Origin: Craspedostauros australis
Taxonomy: Eukaryota
Reading direction: 5' to 3'
Assembly (NCBI GenBank): GCA_030167865.1
Contig: JALAGF010002624.1
Location: 1-63,090, forward strand
DNA: 63,090 bases
Under the pieces are notes generated by a model. It was not told the origin of the DNA and did not search any database. It saw only the letters and a program-made list of their open reading frames with translations. The translations under genes were made by a program, and so were the position numbers. Every line of letters begins with the position of its first letter. The first letter of the stretch is position 1. This document shows, piece after piece, positions 32,050-43,266 of this stretch.

Positions 32050-33672
32050 ATGTTGAGTATGCGAACCCTGGTGTTTGGAACGTGCCTCCTGGCGATCGGC
32101 TGCCGCATACCGTTGGCATGCGAGGCCACACGATCCGATGCATTGATGCGACGACCGCATTCGCTACCACGCGGAGGCAATTCCGACAACGACGGCGGCA
32201 TCGACGTGATGGAAGACGACGACTGGACGCATCTGCGCGAAAAGGCCACCATATTACGCAGCCAAGGCAAGGAGCTGCACGATGAAGGCGATTTCGCGCA
32301 TGCGTCCAGCATCTTCCATCAGGCATCGCAGACGCTGGAACCCATCATCCATCAGATGCAGGATGCGTCCGATCAGATGGAGATCACGCAGGAATACACC
32401 ACGTGTCTGCTGCATCAGACCTTGTGCGCCCTCAAGGATGGCCAGCATGAGGAATGCATCGCGGCGTGCACGAAGTTGCTACAAGACGGGGTGGTTGAGG
32501 AAGGTGATGATGGCGATAATGATAATGATATTGATGTTGATGAAGATGACGATAGCAGCATGAACGGCAACGAAGATGAAGCAGACGAAGCGGTAGGTGA
32601 CGAGGACAATGATGATGATGGCGATGAAGGAGAATTGGATGAATCGGCTGAAGCGGATGATAACGCTGCCGATAACGCTGATATCGATGTGGACGTGGAC
32701 GTGGACGTGGATGATGGCGATAAAGAGGAGAGCGAAGTAACGGTGGAAGACTTGATCAATGCGATGCCTTCGGCTGCTTCGGTGCCCACCACAAGCAAGC
32801 AGCAACAGAAGGTACCGTCCATCCCTGTCGCCCCACCGGTGCGTGCCAGAGCGTACCACAGACGCGCCAAGGCCAAGCTGGCCATCGGCGATGACGAGGG
32901 TGCCTTGGCGGATGCACGATCCGCCGCCTTCCTCGGCGATTCCAAAGGCGTTGCGTTGTACGGCAAGCTCATGAGAGACTCCTCCTCCAGCGACTTGTTC
33001 TCGCCAGATGGGATGACGTCACCCTTCGGCTCCATGTTTGGTTCGCTTGGCTCCCAGCCTTCGTCGTCGGATCCATCCAACGCCCTGCTCGAATCCTTGC
33101 TCAACAAGAGTCCGCTCCTGTCGGGTTCTTCCGACGCGTCATCCAATTCGTCGCCGCTGTCGTCGCTGCTCACGGGAGATTTCAACCCAACCTCCTTGCT
33201 GCTCGGCGGTCTTGGAGGTGGAAACAAGAAGGCGGGCAAGAACAAGAAGAACGATGCCAGCCTGGCCAAATCGGTCCTCAAATCTGTATCCAAACGACTC
33301 GAAGACGACGCCACGCAGGACACGATATGCAAGTTCCTGCACAACACCAACGAAGGTCAGTTCAAGCAATGGTCCAGCATGGCGGGCATGCAACTCAGCG
33401 ACAATCACATATCGCAGGTCACCAACATCTGCCACAACATCACGCCCAAGACAATCAAGCGCACCGTGCGCACCACGAAGGGTGCCGTCTACGTCGTCCA
33501 ATTCTTCCGCAAGGTCGGCCGCATCCTGCACAAGTACCGCTCCGTCCTCTTCGCTATCGTACTGCTGCAGTGGGGCAAGTCAGCCGTTCTGCGGCCCGTT
33601 CCCGTGCGACATTCTGCCATGATGGGCAAGCAGCAAATGAACAACGCGCTCAAGGCCAACAAGCGGAAATGA
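32050..33672 (+). CDS. TPR-containing protein with N-terminal signal peptide, acidic insert and C-terminal membrane anchor (OEP61/TPR7-like architecture)
   Basis: 540 aa from ATG 32050. It has a signal peptide and RGG, TPR helices (LRSQGKELHDEGDFAHA; CLLHQTLCALKDGQHEECIAACTKLL; RAYHRRAKAKLAIGDDEGALADARSA), a D/E-rich insert and a hydrophobic VLFAIVLLQW near the C-terminus. Confidence 0.85.
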   Translation: MLSMRTLVFGTCLLAIGCRIPLACEATRSDALMRRPHSLPRGGNSDNDGGIDVMEDDDWTHLREKATILRSQGKELHDEGDFAHASSIFHQASQTLEPIIHQMQDASDQMEITQEYTTCLLHQTLCALKDGQHEECIAACTKLLQDGVVEEGDDGDNDNDIDVDEDDDSSMNGNEDEADEAVGDEDNDDDGDEGELDESAEADDNAADNADIDVDVDVDVDDGDKEESEVTVEDLINAMPSAASVPTTSKQQQKVPSIPVAPPVRARAYHRRAKAKLAIGDDEGALADARSAAFLGDSKGVALYGKLMRDSSSSDLFSPDGMTSPFGSMFGSLGSQPSSSDPSNALLESLLNKSPLLSGSSDASSNSSPLSSLLTGDFNPTSLLLGGLGGGNKKAGKNKKNDASLAKSVLKSVSKRLEDDATQDTICKFLHNTNEGQFKQWSSMAGMQLSDNHISQVTNICHNITPKTIKRTVRTTKGAVYVVQFFRKVGRILHKYRSVLFAIVLLQWGKSAVLRPVPVRHSAMMGKQQMNNALKANKRK

Positions 33673-33794
33673 AGGTGAAGCGACTTGGATGGGGAGCGAG
33701 CGAGCGAGTGATGGCGAAGCGATATGTCAAGAGATGGAATGTATGGTAATACGCGATAGTACAGCTACATTTGATTCATGGAAGGACGCGTATG

Positions 33795-33822
33795 GTGTGA
33801 GTGTGAGTGTGAGTGTGAGTGT
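33795..33822. repeat. (GTGAGT)n hexanucleotide microsatellite
   Basis: gtgtgagtgtgagtgtgagtgtgagtgt read directly. Confidence 0.85.
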
Positions 33823-34965
33823 GATGGAGTGGGTGAGGTGAGTTGAGGCGAGTTGAGGCAAGGTGGGAACTGCAGGCTCCTCGTGCCAGATCAGGAACAA
33901 GCCATGGTACCACGGAGGAGACGATACCATGATTGGTACTACTACCATGATTCCTGTTGCCACAAACTCAACCACCCAAACGAACTCGACCAACTTGGAA
34001 CTGGGACTCGCGAGTTCCCAAAGTCCGTCGGTGTCGGCGATGTCCAGGACAGGTGATGGACAAGATGAGCAGAGCTGGGGTACTGCGATGGCTCTTGCCG
34101 CTGTCTATCTCGAAACCCAAAGTCTTTCGGTGTATCGTATGAGTAGAATAGTCGTAGTCAACGATGGTGCCGCCTCCTCTTCAGCCCAGCGAGAGAATTC
34201 CTACCGCGATGGACGAGGTATGGCGACCGGATGTCCTCTCTTGTCCATTGCAGATTCCTCCGATGCCACAAAGAAGGGTCACACATGTTGCCATCACCTT
34301 GATGTCCTTCGAATCCTCTTCCCCCATCCCCTTGCCCTCCCCCTGTTGCTTTCAAGCACGACTATGTGCCTGATGTGCATCATAACTTCTTTTTGCCAGA
34401 CCCTTGCGTATTTCTTCGCCGTTTCGGCAATGTCGAACTTCACCGACTTCAACACGAAAAGACGAAAGAAAACGTCGTTTTGGAACGAAACACTTCGCCG
34501 AAGTTCGGTGATGACGTTTTTGCGCGACATGGACGAACACGATGCCACCAACGTCGCCGACACGTCAACAGCAAGGGGGAGCGGCAGCACAGAAACAAAG
34601 CAGACACCGACACCTCAGCAGAGAGTCACCACATGTCCGCTCCGGAACAACAACCGCCAACACAACATCGCCATCCATCAGCATCATCGCCGACGACATC
34701 ATCAACAAGTTTGGAGTTGTTCAACTGAGGGAATACCTGCCAGTCGACGCTAAAGGATCCTGAGCCGGACGCATACGAAGATTCATTCGAACTTCTCCAG
34801 AGAGCGCATAAAACAAACCCAATAGCAATTCGATTCAACTCGATACTCGCACCCCACCCTACTTCAGACCACAGACGATACGACTCAAACCAAGCGCGCC
34901 ACCGAAGACGAAGTCAAGCACATACACCATCGCAATCCAAACGCAATCCAAAAGCAACGATCAAC

Positions 34966-36012
34966 ATGGCACCCAAGGCAGGAGCACGCACCGCACTCGA
35001 TGAGATGGGATCGGACGGGTCCTTCAAACGCCGCGATGCTGCATGGAGAAATTGGATTGAGACTTCGCCGACGAGCAAGTTCCAACCAGAAGCTGATCGC
35101 TATCATCTCTACGTCGCCATGGCATGCCCGTGGGCCCACCGCACCCTCATGGTGCGCGCTCTGAAGGGACTCGAGGACGTCATCACCGTGACGGTCGTGC
35201 ATCCCGTGTGGAGAAAGACCAAGCCAGACGACGTCTCCGACAAGCACACCGGCTGGGTGTTTGGCAACCCTGACGCACCGCCCTTCAAGAATACTATCGG
35301 CCTCGGCGGGCCGTTCCCAGCAGCCTACGAGATCAACCAGCCCGATCCGCATCACGAAGGAACCTTCAGCATCCGCGACCTGTACGAAAAGGCAGGCGAT
35401 GTGGATGGCAAATACACAGTCCCGATCTTGTGGGACAAGAAGCTGCAGACGATCGTCTCCAACGAATCGTCGGAGATCATCCGCATGCTCAACACCGAAT
35501 TCAACGATTTCGCCAAGAATCCCAATCTGGACCTGTACGCCAAGCACATGCGTCCGAAGATCGATGACGTCAACGAGTGGGTCTATGCCACCATCAACAA
35601 CGGTGTCTACAAATGCGGCTTCGCGACATCGCAAGAAGCCTACGACAAGGCCATCGACGAGCTGACAGCATCCTTCGACCGTGTCGACAGTATCCTGCAA
35701 AACCAGAGATATATCGCCGGCAACGAATTCACGGAAGCTGATATCCGCCTCTTCGTCACGCTGGTGCGATACGACGAAGTGTACAACGTCTACTTCAAGA
35801 CGAACACGAGAAGCATCTCCATGACGCCGTCCATGCTGAATTACTGCCGAGAGATCTACCAGATGCCAGGCGTGGCTGACACGGTCAACATGGAGCAGAT
35901 CAAGGTCCACTACTACGCTTCGCATCCCAACTACAACCGCTGGTCCGTCGTCCCGCGTGGCAACGACTTCGTCGGTAAGCTGCAAGAGTCACATGACCGC
36001 GATCTGCTGTGA
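34966..36012 (+). CDS. ECM4: Glutathionyl-hydroquinone reductase (Xi-class GST, ECM4/YqjG family)
   Basis: 348 aa with RYHLYVAMACPWAHR (CPWA active site), YTVPILWDKKLQTIVSNESSEIIRM, INNGVYKCGFA, TEADIRLFVTLVRYDEVY and IKVHYYASH. Confidence 0.95.
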   Translation: MAPKAGARTALDEMGSDGSFKRRDAAWRNWIETSPTSKFQPEADRYHLYVAMACPWAHRTLMVRALKGLEDVITVTVVHPVWRKTKPDDVSDKHTGWVFGNPDAPPFKNTIGLGGPFPAAYEINQPDPHHEGTFSIRDLYEKAGDVDGKYTVPILWDKKLQTIVSNESSEIIRMLNTEFNDFAKNPNLDLYAKHMRPKIDDVNEWVYATINNGVYKCGFATSQEAYDKAIDELTASFDRVDSILQNQRYIAGNEFTEADIRLFVTLVRYDEVYNVYFKTNTRSISMTPSMLNYCREIYQMPGVADTVNMEQIKVHYYASHPNYNRWSVVPRGNDFVGKLQESHDRDLL

Positions 36013-38491
36013 AAGCTGTCGTGGTATCATGTCATGCTCTGAGTTGATGCAGTTCGTAATGTTGATGGGAAATAGTATGCGGGACAATGCCCAATGGATA
36101 TGAATGTAGTACTCGCGCTAGTATAATACATGTACCGTTACCTGCCGACAATCACAGTACTCCTCTCATACCATAGCTCCACAGCTTGCCCGATGGAATG
36201 GTTGGTAGATGGGGATTGTAGATCCAGTTTGATTTGTTGCCGCCGTGTTGATCGTTCGCAAAGGTAAGGAGATGTCGAGACAGCAGCGTACCGGATGGTC
36301 ATCGCCGACGAAGTCAATCCGGCGAGGAGATGCTGAGAATCGATGGGGCAAATGTCTCGCTTGTCACCTCGAAGGTGTCACTGGCATTGTTGTACGTACA
36401 GATGATCGCAGCCATGATGACCAAGGAAGTGTGATCTCGCAAAGTGCGTGTTATGCTTCGTGTGGAGCCACGTAGAGTACATACCTTCATTAGTTTGAAC
36501 AATGCTCTATCCCAGAAAGCTTGTGAAGAGAGGCCTGAGAGTCCATGCAAACCAGCAAACAGCGAAGAAGGAACAAAGAAGAAGGGAAGAGATTGGATGG
36601 AGTCGAGTGGAGCAAACCAGACGAGCAAGGCCTCTTTGGAACGGTCATTGTTGCCACGCAGTCTCAGGAGCACTCTGTTGTCGAAGGAGAGAGGAAGAGA
36701 GGATAGGGTATCCGCACTTGGAGTAGTACTTTTCTCTTGTCGCCTCCACTCTACACTCGAATGGGTAGATCCAAGCGATCAAAAGTCACCCATGTTTCTT
36801 CCCAAAGATGTCGGTGTCGAAACAAAGACCAACATTCTCGTGAGCGGATGACGAGATTCCCCATTCCGGTGTTACGGACACGGCAAATGATGCCCCATGA
36901 AGCGGCGCCTTCTTTCGTGTTCCATTCACGCGCGGCGGAACGAAAAACTGCGAGGAGCAACCGTACAGTTGCTACCGTGTTCTGCCGCGTCGTGGTTGTG
37001 CGAGCACAGTACGTGGCTCGTACGCCAAGGCTGTTGAATCGTCCACGTCTGTGTTCGTCGCTGGTTAAGCCGCGAACTTCCCATCGTCTTCTCTCTTCGA
37101 TTTTCTACTACATACAGTGGACCTGATCTCATACGCCCTTCATTCCACAACTGATTTACTTCGTGTCCATTCGTGATATGTCTCTTTCGCATGTCAACGC
37201 CATTCGATACTCCAGAGTGAATGATAATTAATCGGCAATAGCTTCGAGATGCCCTAAATGAACGGCGTTGCGAACTATCCACCTGACAAAAGCATCAGGC
37301 CAACGCATTTGTGTTTTGCCTTCCTCCACAAGATCCCCACACAACCAAACAAGACGCGCAAACTTGGAAATGGCCAACTCCAGCCAGTGCCATGGTGCCG
37401 AGATGATGTTGGCTCTGCCGATCACGTTGGAACCCAACCGGCGGTTGCTTTCACGCGACATTGTTGAATGCTGTGGGAGCCAATACGCCACCACTGTGTG
37501 CTCCGAGGTCCCTTTCCACCCACAACAGCACTGCAATCATTCTGATCCATCTCGAGACTCGTTACCTACGATACTGCGATACGGAATTGGCGTTGACTTA
37601 TTGTACGAAGCAAGGGAGAATACTTGTTTGAACTAGAGCAAAGCAACTCTCCACCGATCATCACGAGTGGCATTGATCAATCACCAAGTACTGATAACCA
37701 AGTAACCACCGTCGGGATTACCTTTTGCCTGACCGGTTGTCGTCATCATCCACCTATCCATTCATCCATCCATCCATGGCCACGCCGCCAGTTGCAGACG
37801 AATCCGGAGCCTCATCATCATCATCGACCATCCATCCAGCCCGTTTCCGCACGCTTCGGCTTGGCTCCTTGGGCAGCATCTCTGTTCCCACTCCCCTGCC
37901 GGACTTTGTGCATACGATCTATCAAAGGATCCTGGCTGATCTTGTTTGGGCGCACACGCATCCATCCATCCACGGGAACGCTCCCTTCCACAAACCTCCA
38001 ACCACAGCGCGCAGTGCACAAAAAGCCACTCCGCTTCGCTTCAGCTTCTGTCTCCTGACGGACTCTGCTCACTCTCGTGTTGGTGTGGTCCCAAGTTCTG
38101 CCCGAGGCTTCATTTGATGTGGAGGCGCCGCTTACCCGAACCGTGACAAACAAGAGGCAACAGGAGTGGATTCTCCACCAGCGATCGTCAAGGGATCATT
38201 CCGCTGCTTGTAAAAGTCTCATACCACACTTACAAGAAGAACACGAGCACGTGTATGATAGGCTTCACATTGTGAGCAAGAGCAAGAACGAGAGAGAGAG
38301 ACAACGATAGTACGAGAGGCGAAGATCCTGACTCAGTTCAACGACAAAGGCAACAAAGGGAGGACAAATTGTTGCAAGAGCAGTAGATTGGAGCAGAGCA
38401 CAACAACATCGAACCAAAGGAACACTCTCTCAGAACCGTGACATACTACTAGGCACGAATACGCGCACACACACATCAATAATCAAGAGGG

Positions 38492-41233
38492 ATGGCGGAG
38501 ACCACAGCCCAAAAGGCGCTCCTGGCGATCCTTCCAAAGATCTCCTCCGTCTTCTCCTTCGCGGGGAGCGCATGGGTCGTCGCGGAAATCCTCACGCATG
38601 GCGGCACGCGTCCCAAGCGTCGGCATCCGTACCATCGATTGCTGCTCGCCATGTCGGTGTACGACATCCTGGAATGCTTCTGGAACTTCGCCTCGACGTG
38701 GCCCATACCGAAGGACTCCGACACCATCTGGTCCGTCGGCAACACCGGCACCTGCAGCGCGCAGGGATTCTTCCTCATGCTGGGCGTCGCCATCCCAATC
38801 TACAACGCCCTGCTGGCCGTGTACTACCTCCTCGTCATCAAGCACGGCTACGCCGAACGCATTCTGCGCACGCGGGTGGAACCGGCCATGCACCTCATCG
38901 CCGGCAGCTGGGCCTTTGGAACGAGCCTCGCCGCGGCATTCATGGGATTGTACAACGACGCCAACCTCTGGTGTTGGATCTCGTCCCATCCGCGAGGGTG
39001 CAAGGATTCGTTGCGGTACGGCAGCGATGAAGCCAATTGCGAACGTGGTGACAATGCGTGGGTATACCAGTGGGCATTTTACTTCGCTCCACTGTGGTTT
39101 TCCGTTCTGGTGGCGAGTAAGTGCAGCATGCTGTGTGCTGATGCTCTTGACGTTGCTTCTTGCACGCAGATACCACCACTGTCGATATTGCCTCCATGAA
39201 CCTTTGCCTCACACTTGCTGCACCACACTGTACCATACGTACCTATTAATCCATCTCTTCGTCTGCTCCTATCCTGCCCTCCTCGTACACTCAACACGCA
39301 CAATCTCACTGCACCCCGCACCTCGTACGCAATCGCAGTCTACTGCACGGTGACGGTGTTCATCTTTGTTCGGCGACTTGACGAGAAATCTCTCAAGTAC
39401 CGACGACCGGAGAGACACCGTACCTTCGACCGACTTTCCAGCAACATGGCAACACCGTCCGGAATTCTGCGCAAGAACCAAGCGGCATTCGACTGCGAAA
39501 GCGATGATGACGATGACTGTGACAGCTGCGACGACAGTGGTGAGTACAGAGATATGAATGAGAATGATGACCATCATCACGATCACCCTGCGAGCAAGAC
39601 CCATGACACCGGAGGTTACGAAAACAACAGCAACAGCGACAATACCAAAAGATCCGTGGCGGCTCCTTTGTCTGCAACCGAAGAGATTAGATCACAGTCA
39701 TTCGTGACCACCACAACGAACGGGACCGTGCAAGCAGCTGTCCCGCCCAGCAAGTCGCAACAGGATCGAGATCAGATTCAGGATGCGTTCTCCTCCAGCA
39801 TAACACAATCTCACGACAGAAGAAGCAAAGCCAGTAGCACCAGCCAGCAGCCTGCAACGAAAGTGCGCGCCAGCGTATTGTCATTCGACCCCTCCACGCA
39901 GTCGTTGGCCGCCAAGCATGAGCTGGAAGAAGACGAGAGGGAGGATCGCTTCCTGGAAGGCGGACATGACAGTGATGACAATTCGAGCATAGTCTCACGC
40001 GTGGGAAGCGTCGCAGCTGCATCCGCGAAGATGGAAAGCATGGCGTTGCAGCTGCGCGGTCAGATCCAGACGTGGAAGAACCAACGCAAGGTGTACCGCG
40101 ATGATTATCCCCGCACGGTCGACGTCATGAATCAGGCGGTCTTTTACCTGGGCGCATTCTTCTTGACGCACATGTGGAGCACGACCAATCGCCTGCTGCA
40201 ATTCGCGAATGGAGGCGAAACGGTATACGCTCTCATTCTGATCCATTCCTGGTTCGATCCATTTCAGGGATTCCTCAACTTCCTCGTCTATCAACGCCCG
40301 AGGTACCTCTACATTCGCAAGACGCGGCCAGAGATTGGTCGGTGGGGTGCCTCGGTCCGAGTTCTCCACTTCTCGTTCATGAAGCAGCGCGAGGCCCGGG
40401 CCGTGTTCCAAAATTCATTGTTCAAGAACAAGCATGCAACCAACGAGCTGGCCCACCAATCTTCTTACAGGGTGAACAGAAATCACAACTCCAACATGGA
40501 ACGTAGCCTTCAGGAGATGGCCTACGATGACGATTCCTCGTTGCCCAGCAACGCAGTGCGTGGTGGCAGCGTCGTGAGTCGGGGCAGGAGTGTAGCCACT
40601 GACGGCATGAGCGATTTGCACCAATCCATCCGCAACATGATGGAATCCAGCTCGACCATGGTGGAAGATTACGAGGCAGAATGCAGCGACACTTCCCCGA
40701 TGGATGGCGCGAGCAGTACCGACGGCAACACCAGCAAACGCAGCCTCACGCAGAAGCAAGGCGCGATTGATGAGATGCAAAGATTGCAGCGCCAACAACT
40801 GAAAGATGGCGAGAAAAACGACGACGATGATGGTGCTCGCCTTACGTCGCAGACCGCTCGTACGAGCGCGACGTACCGTATCAGCGCTACTGACTTCTCA
40901 ATCAGTTCATTATCGCTGCCAGCGAGGGATCATCCGGGAGCACCGGATGGTTCAAACGACCAATCCGGCACACCCGATACGAACACGCGGCAGAACAGGA
41001 CTGAGGAGAATGTCGCGACACCACAGAATAGTGACCAACCAATGACGGTCGCGACAAGGATATCGATGTGCGGCAGCGTCTCTGAGCAACCCCTATCTCA
41101 GCAGTCTCTGATTTCGCCGAGCACAAATGAACGTGTCAATGCTGATGTCGATAATGTTGGCCAGGCCGGTGCCGGTTCCAGCGTGGCGAGAATCAACATG
41201 AGCTTCTCGGATGAAGAAACACCAATGTGCTAA
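38492..41233 (+). CDS. Seven-transmembrane GPCR-like receptor (Git3/cAMP-receptor-like), copy 1, 2 exons
   Basis: Exons 38492-39116 and 39339-41233 give 839 aa. TM1-5 include PYHRLLLAMSVYD, CSAQGFF, YNALLAVYYLL and LWCWI. A long ICL3 precedes TM6 (QAVFYLGAFFLTHMW) and TM7 (WFDPFQGFLNFLVY), then a long Ser-rich tail. Confidence 0.9.
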
Positions 41234-43266
41234 GAGAGAGAGAGTTGGGAAACAACGGAATGGACTGGAACGCAATTCAGTTGGAGCAACATATTATATG
41301 ACTACGAATGCAAGCAAACGCAGCTTGTGGTGCTGTCGCAACCGACGGGATGTGATTCCAGCATCCCGGCTGAGTTCTGCAGTCTATTCATTTCATATAC
41401 TTGACAAATGTTTCGCCTGTGCGCTGTCGGTACTCACGGAGAGTGTCCTTTCTCATTCTTCGAAAGTGGTGATCACTGTCGTCACGGATAAATAGAGACC
41501 TCGCGCTATTCCCTCGGCTATGTTGATCGTGTTCGTGACTTTTCGATTGGAACTGTCTGTCCCTTTTGGGACGTCTTGCGCGGAGGAAGGCAATAAGCAA
41601 GACGACGAATCGAAGAGCCATGAGAAGCGATGAGTTTATCGCTTGTGCACTTTGTAGAGGAATTGATTGGCACAGAGCGCGTCATGGATGAAGCGCTTCT
41701 TTCGTTGCTGTTACTGGCGTGGTTAAATATGTGGACACGTCACGCGGTGTCCAACAATAATTATTGGTGGTCACTTGTTCGGAAAGGCTTTCTGCCCAAG
41801 CGCCGCGTCTGGACAGAACGCTACTTGGAACCGTGGGCGCGTGGGAGTACCCGCGCCATGGGCAAAAGAACGATTGCAGGTATGAACGACGACCAGCTTC
41901 GGCGTGTCCCAGCGACAGAGAAAGACGCAGGGGATGACAACGAGCCCGGAGAGCAGCGAGTGTGAGACACCCGAGAGGGACAACAAGGAGAGGAAGTATG
42001 TTGCGTTCCGACAGTCGGAAGAATGGCATCGTCCGAACAGTCGCGAGACAGGGACTTCCGAAGCGCAGCGACAGCAGAGGATCAACAACATCTGAAGGCA
42101 AATAGGTAGTAAGCTGAAGCAACACACTTCGTCCGATCCCAGAGGAAGCCGAGATCCGATCACGAGAAGCTCACCTCGACCAACAGACCAACAGACGACC
42201 GCAGCGAGAGCAACGACAGAAAGGACCAACAGGGTGAGTGTCCCTCCGTTTTTGGTGGACATCCGAGTACAACATCCATCACAAGGACGGATCCATCCAT
42301 CTCGAACTTTTCGCCACTCTCCGGGAAGCGATAAGGCCCGCCCTCATTGCAACAGGCAACCGGCCTGTGCGAAACATTCTTGCCCTGCCACTGTATTCGG
42401 TACCGTAGAATAGCCACGTTTGCGAAGCCTCAACCAGGGACGCAATCAACCAAGAGTGATCTCGATGCCGAATTCGGGGGGAAATACTCGTAGAGCAGAG
42501 TAGAGCAGTGTCCTTGTAGTCGTACATGAGACGCAATCCCATCAAACAAACCAAAGGAATCAATCGAGAGAGTGTCATACGACGTAGGTAGTCGATCAAA
42601 CTTCGCGTCCGCTGGTCTGTGCCCCCGCGAGCGGAAGAGACCAAAGACACATCCTCGTTTTGATCCCTCTCGGATCATCGCCCCTGCCCAACAACTTGCA
42701 ACTCGTGCCCAATCACGACTATCATCCATCATCCGCAAGCTGCTTGACGACTTGTTTGTGAGGAATACGAGTGTACACATCATTGGTGACGTTCGGAAAA
42801 CGAAGACCGCGCTGAAGAACCTCAGGAGAACCTTCAACACGAGCACCAACAATAGGGGATTTAAAGGCCGGCGCTCAACACGTGCATCCTCGTATCACCA
42901 ACAACAGCAACCAGAGTACCCCCGGGAGTTGAGTCTTCTCCAATCCAACCGACCAACTGATACAGGCACAATCCTCGTATGCACAGAACGAGCATCGTTG
43001 CGACTATCTCATCCCAACATTGTTGCGACACATACCGTACTTGCACTTGTAGTAGTACCACATCCATCCAACTGCCTCCCTGCTGAGACCGAACAGCAAC
43101 ACGAACGACAACAACGGACGGTGGCTTTGGTGGCGGCGAAAGAAGGAAGCACGGCACAGTACGAGTAACCACCACAGCCATTGCAACAGACACCGCCGAC
43201 AATACACACTCACCACCTCCGAGAAGCAGCGACGACGACAGGGGTGGCAGAAGGAGGACACACAGG

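Noticed and set aside
34775-34800. Possible heat-shock element upstream of the GST gene
   Set aside because: Only two correctly spaced nGAAn units are present; there is no third unit.
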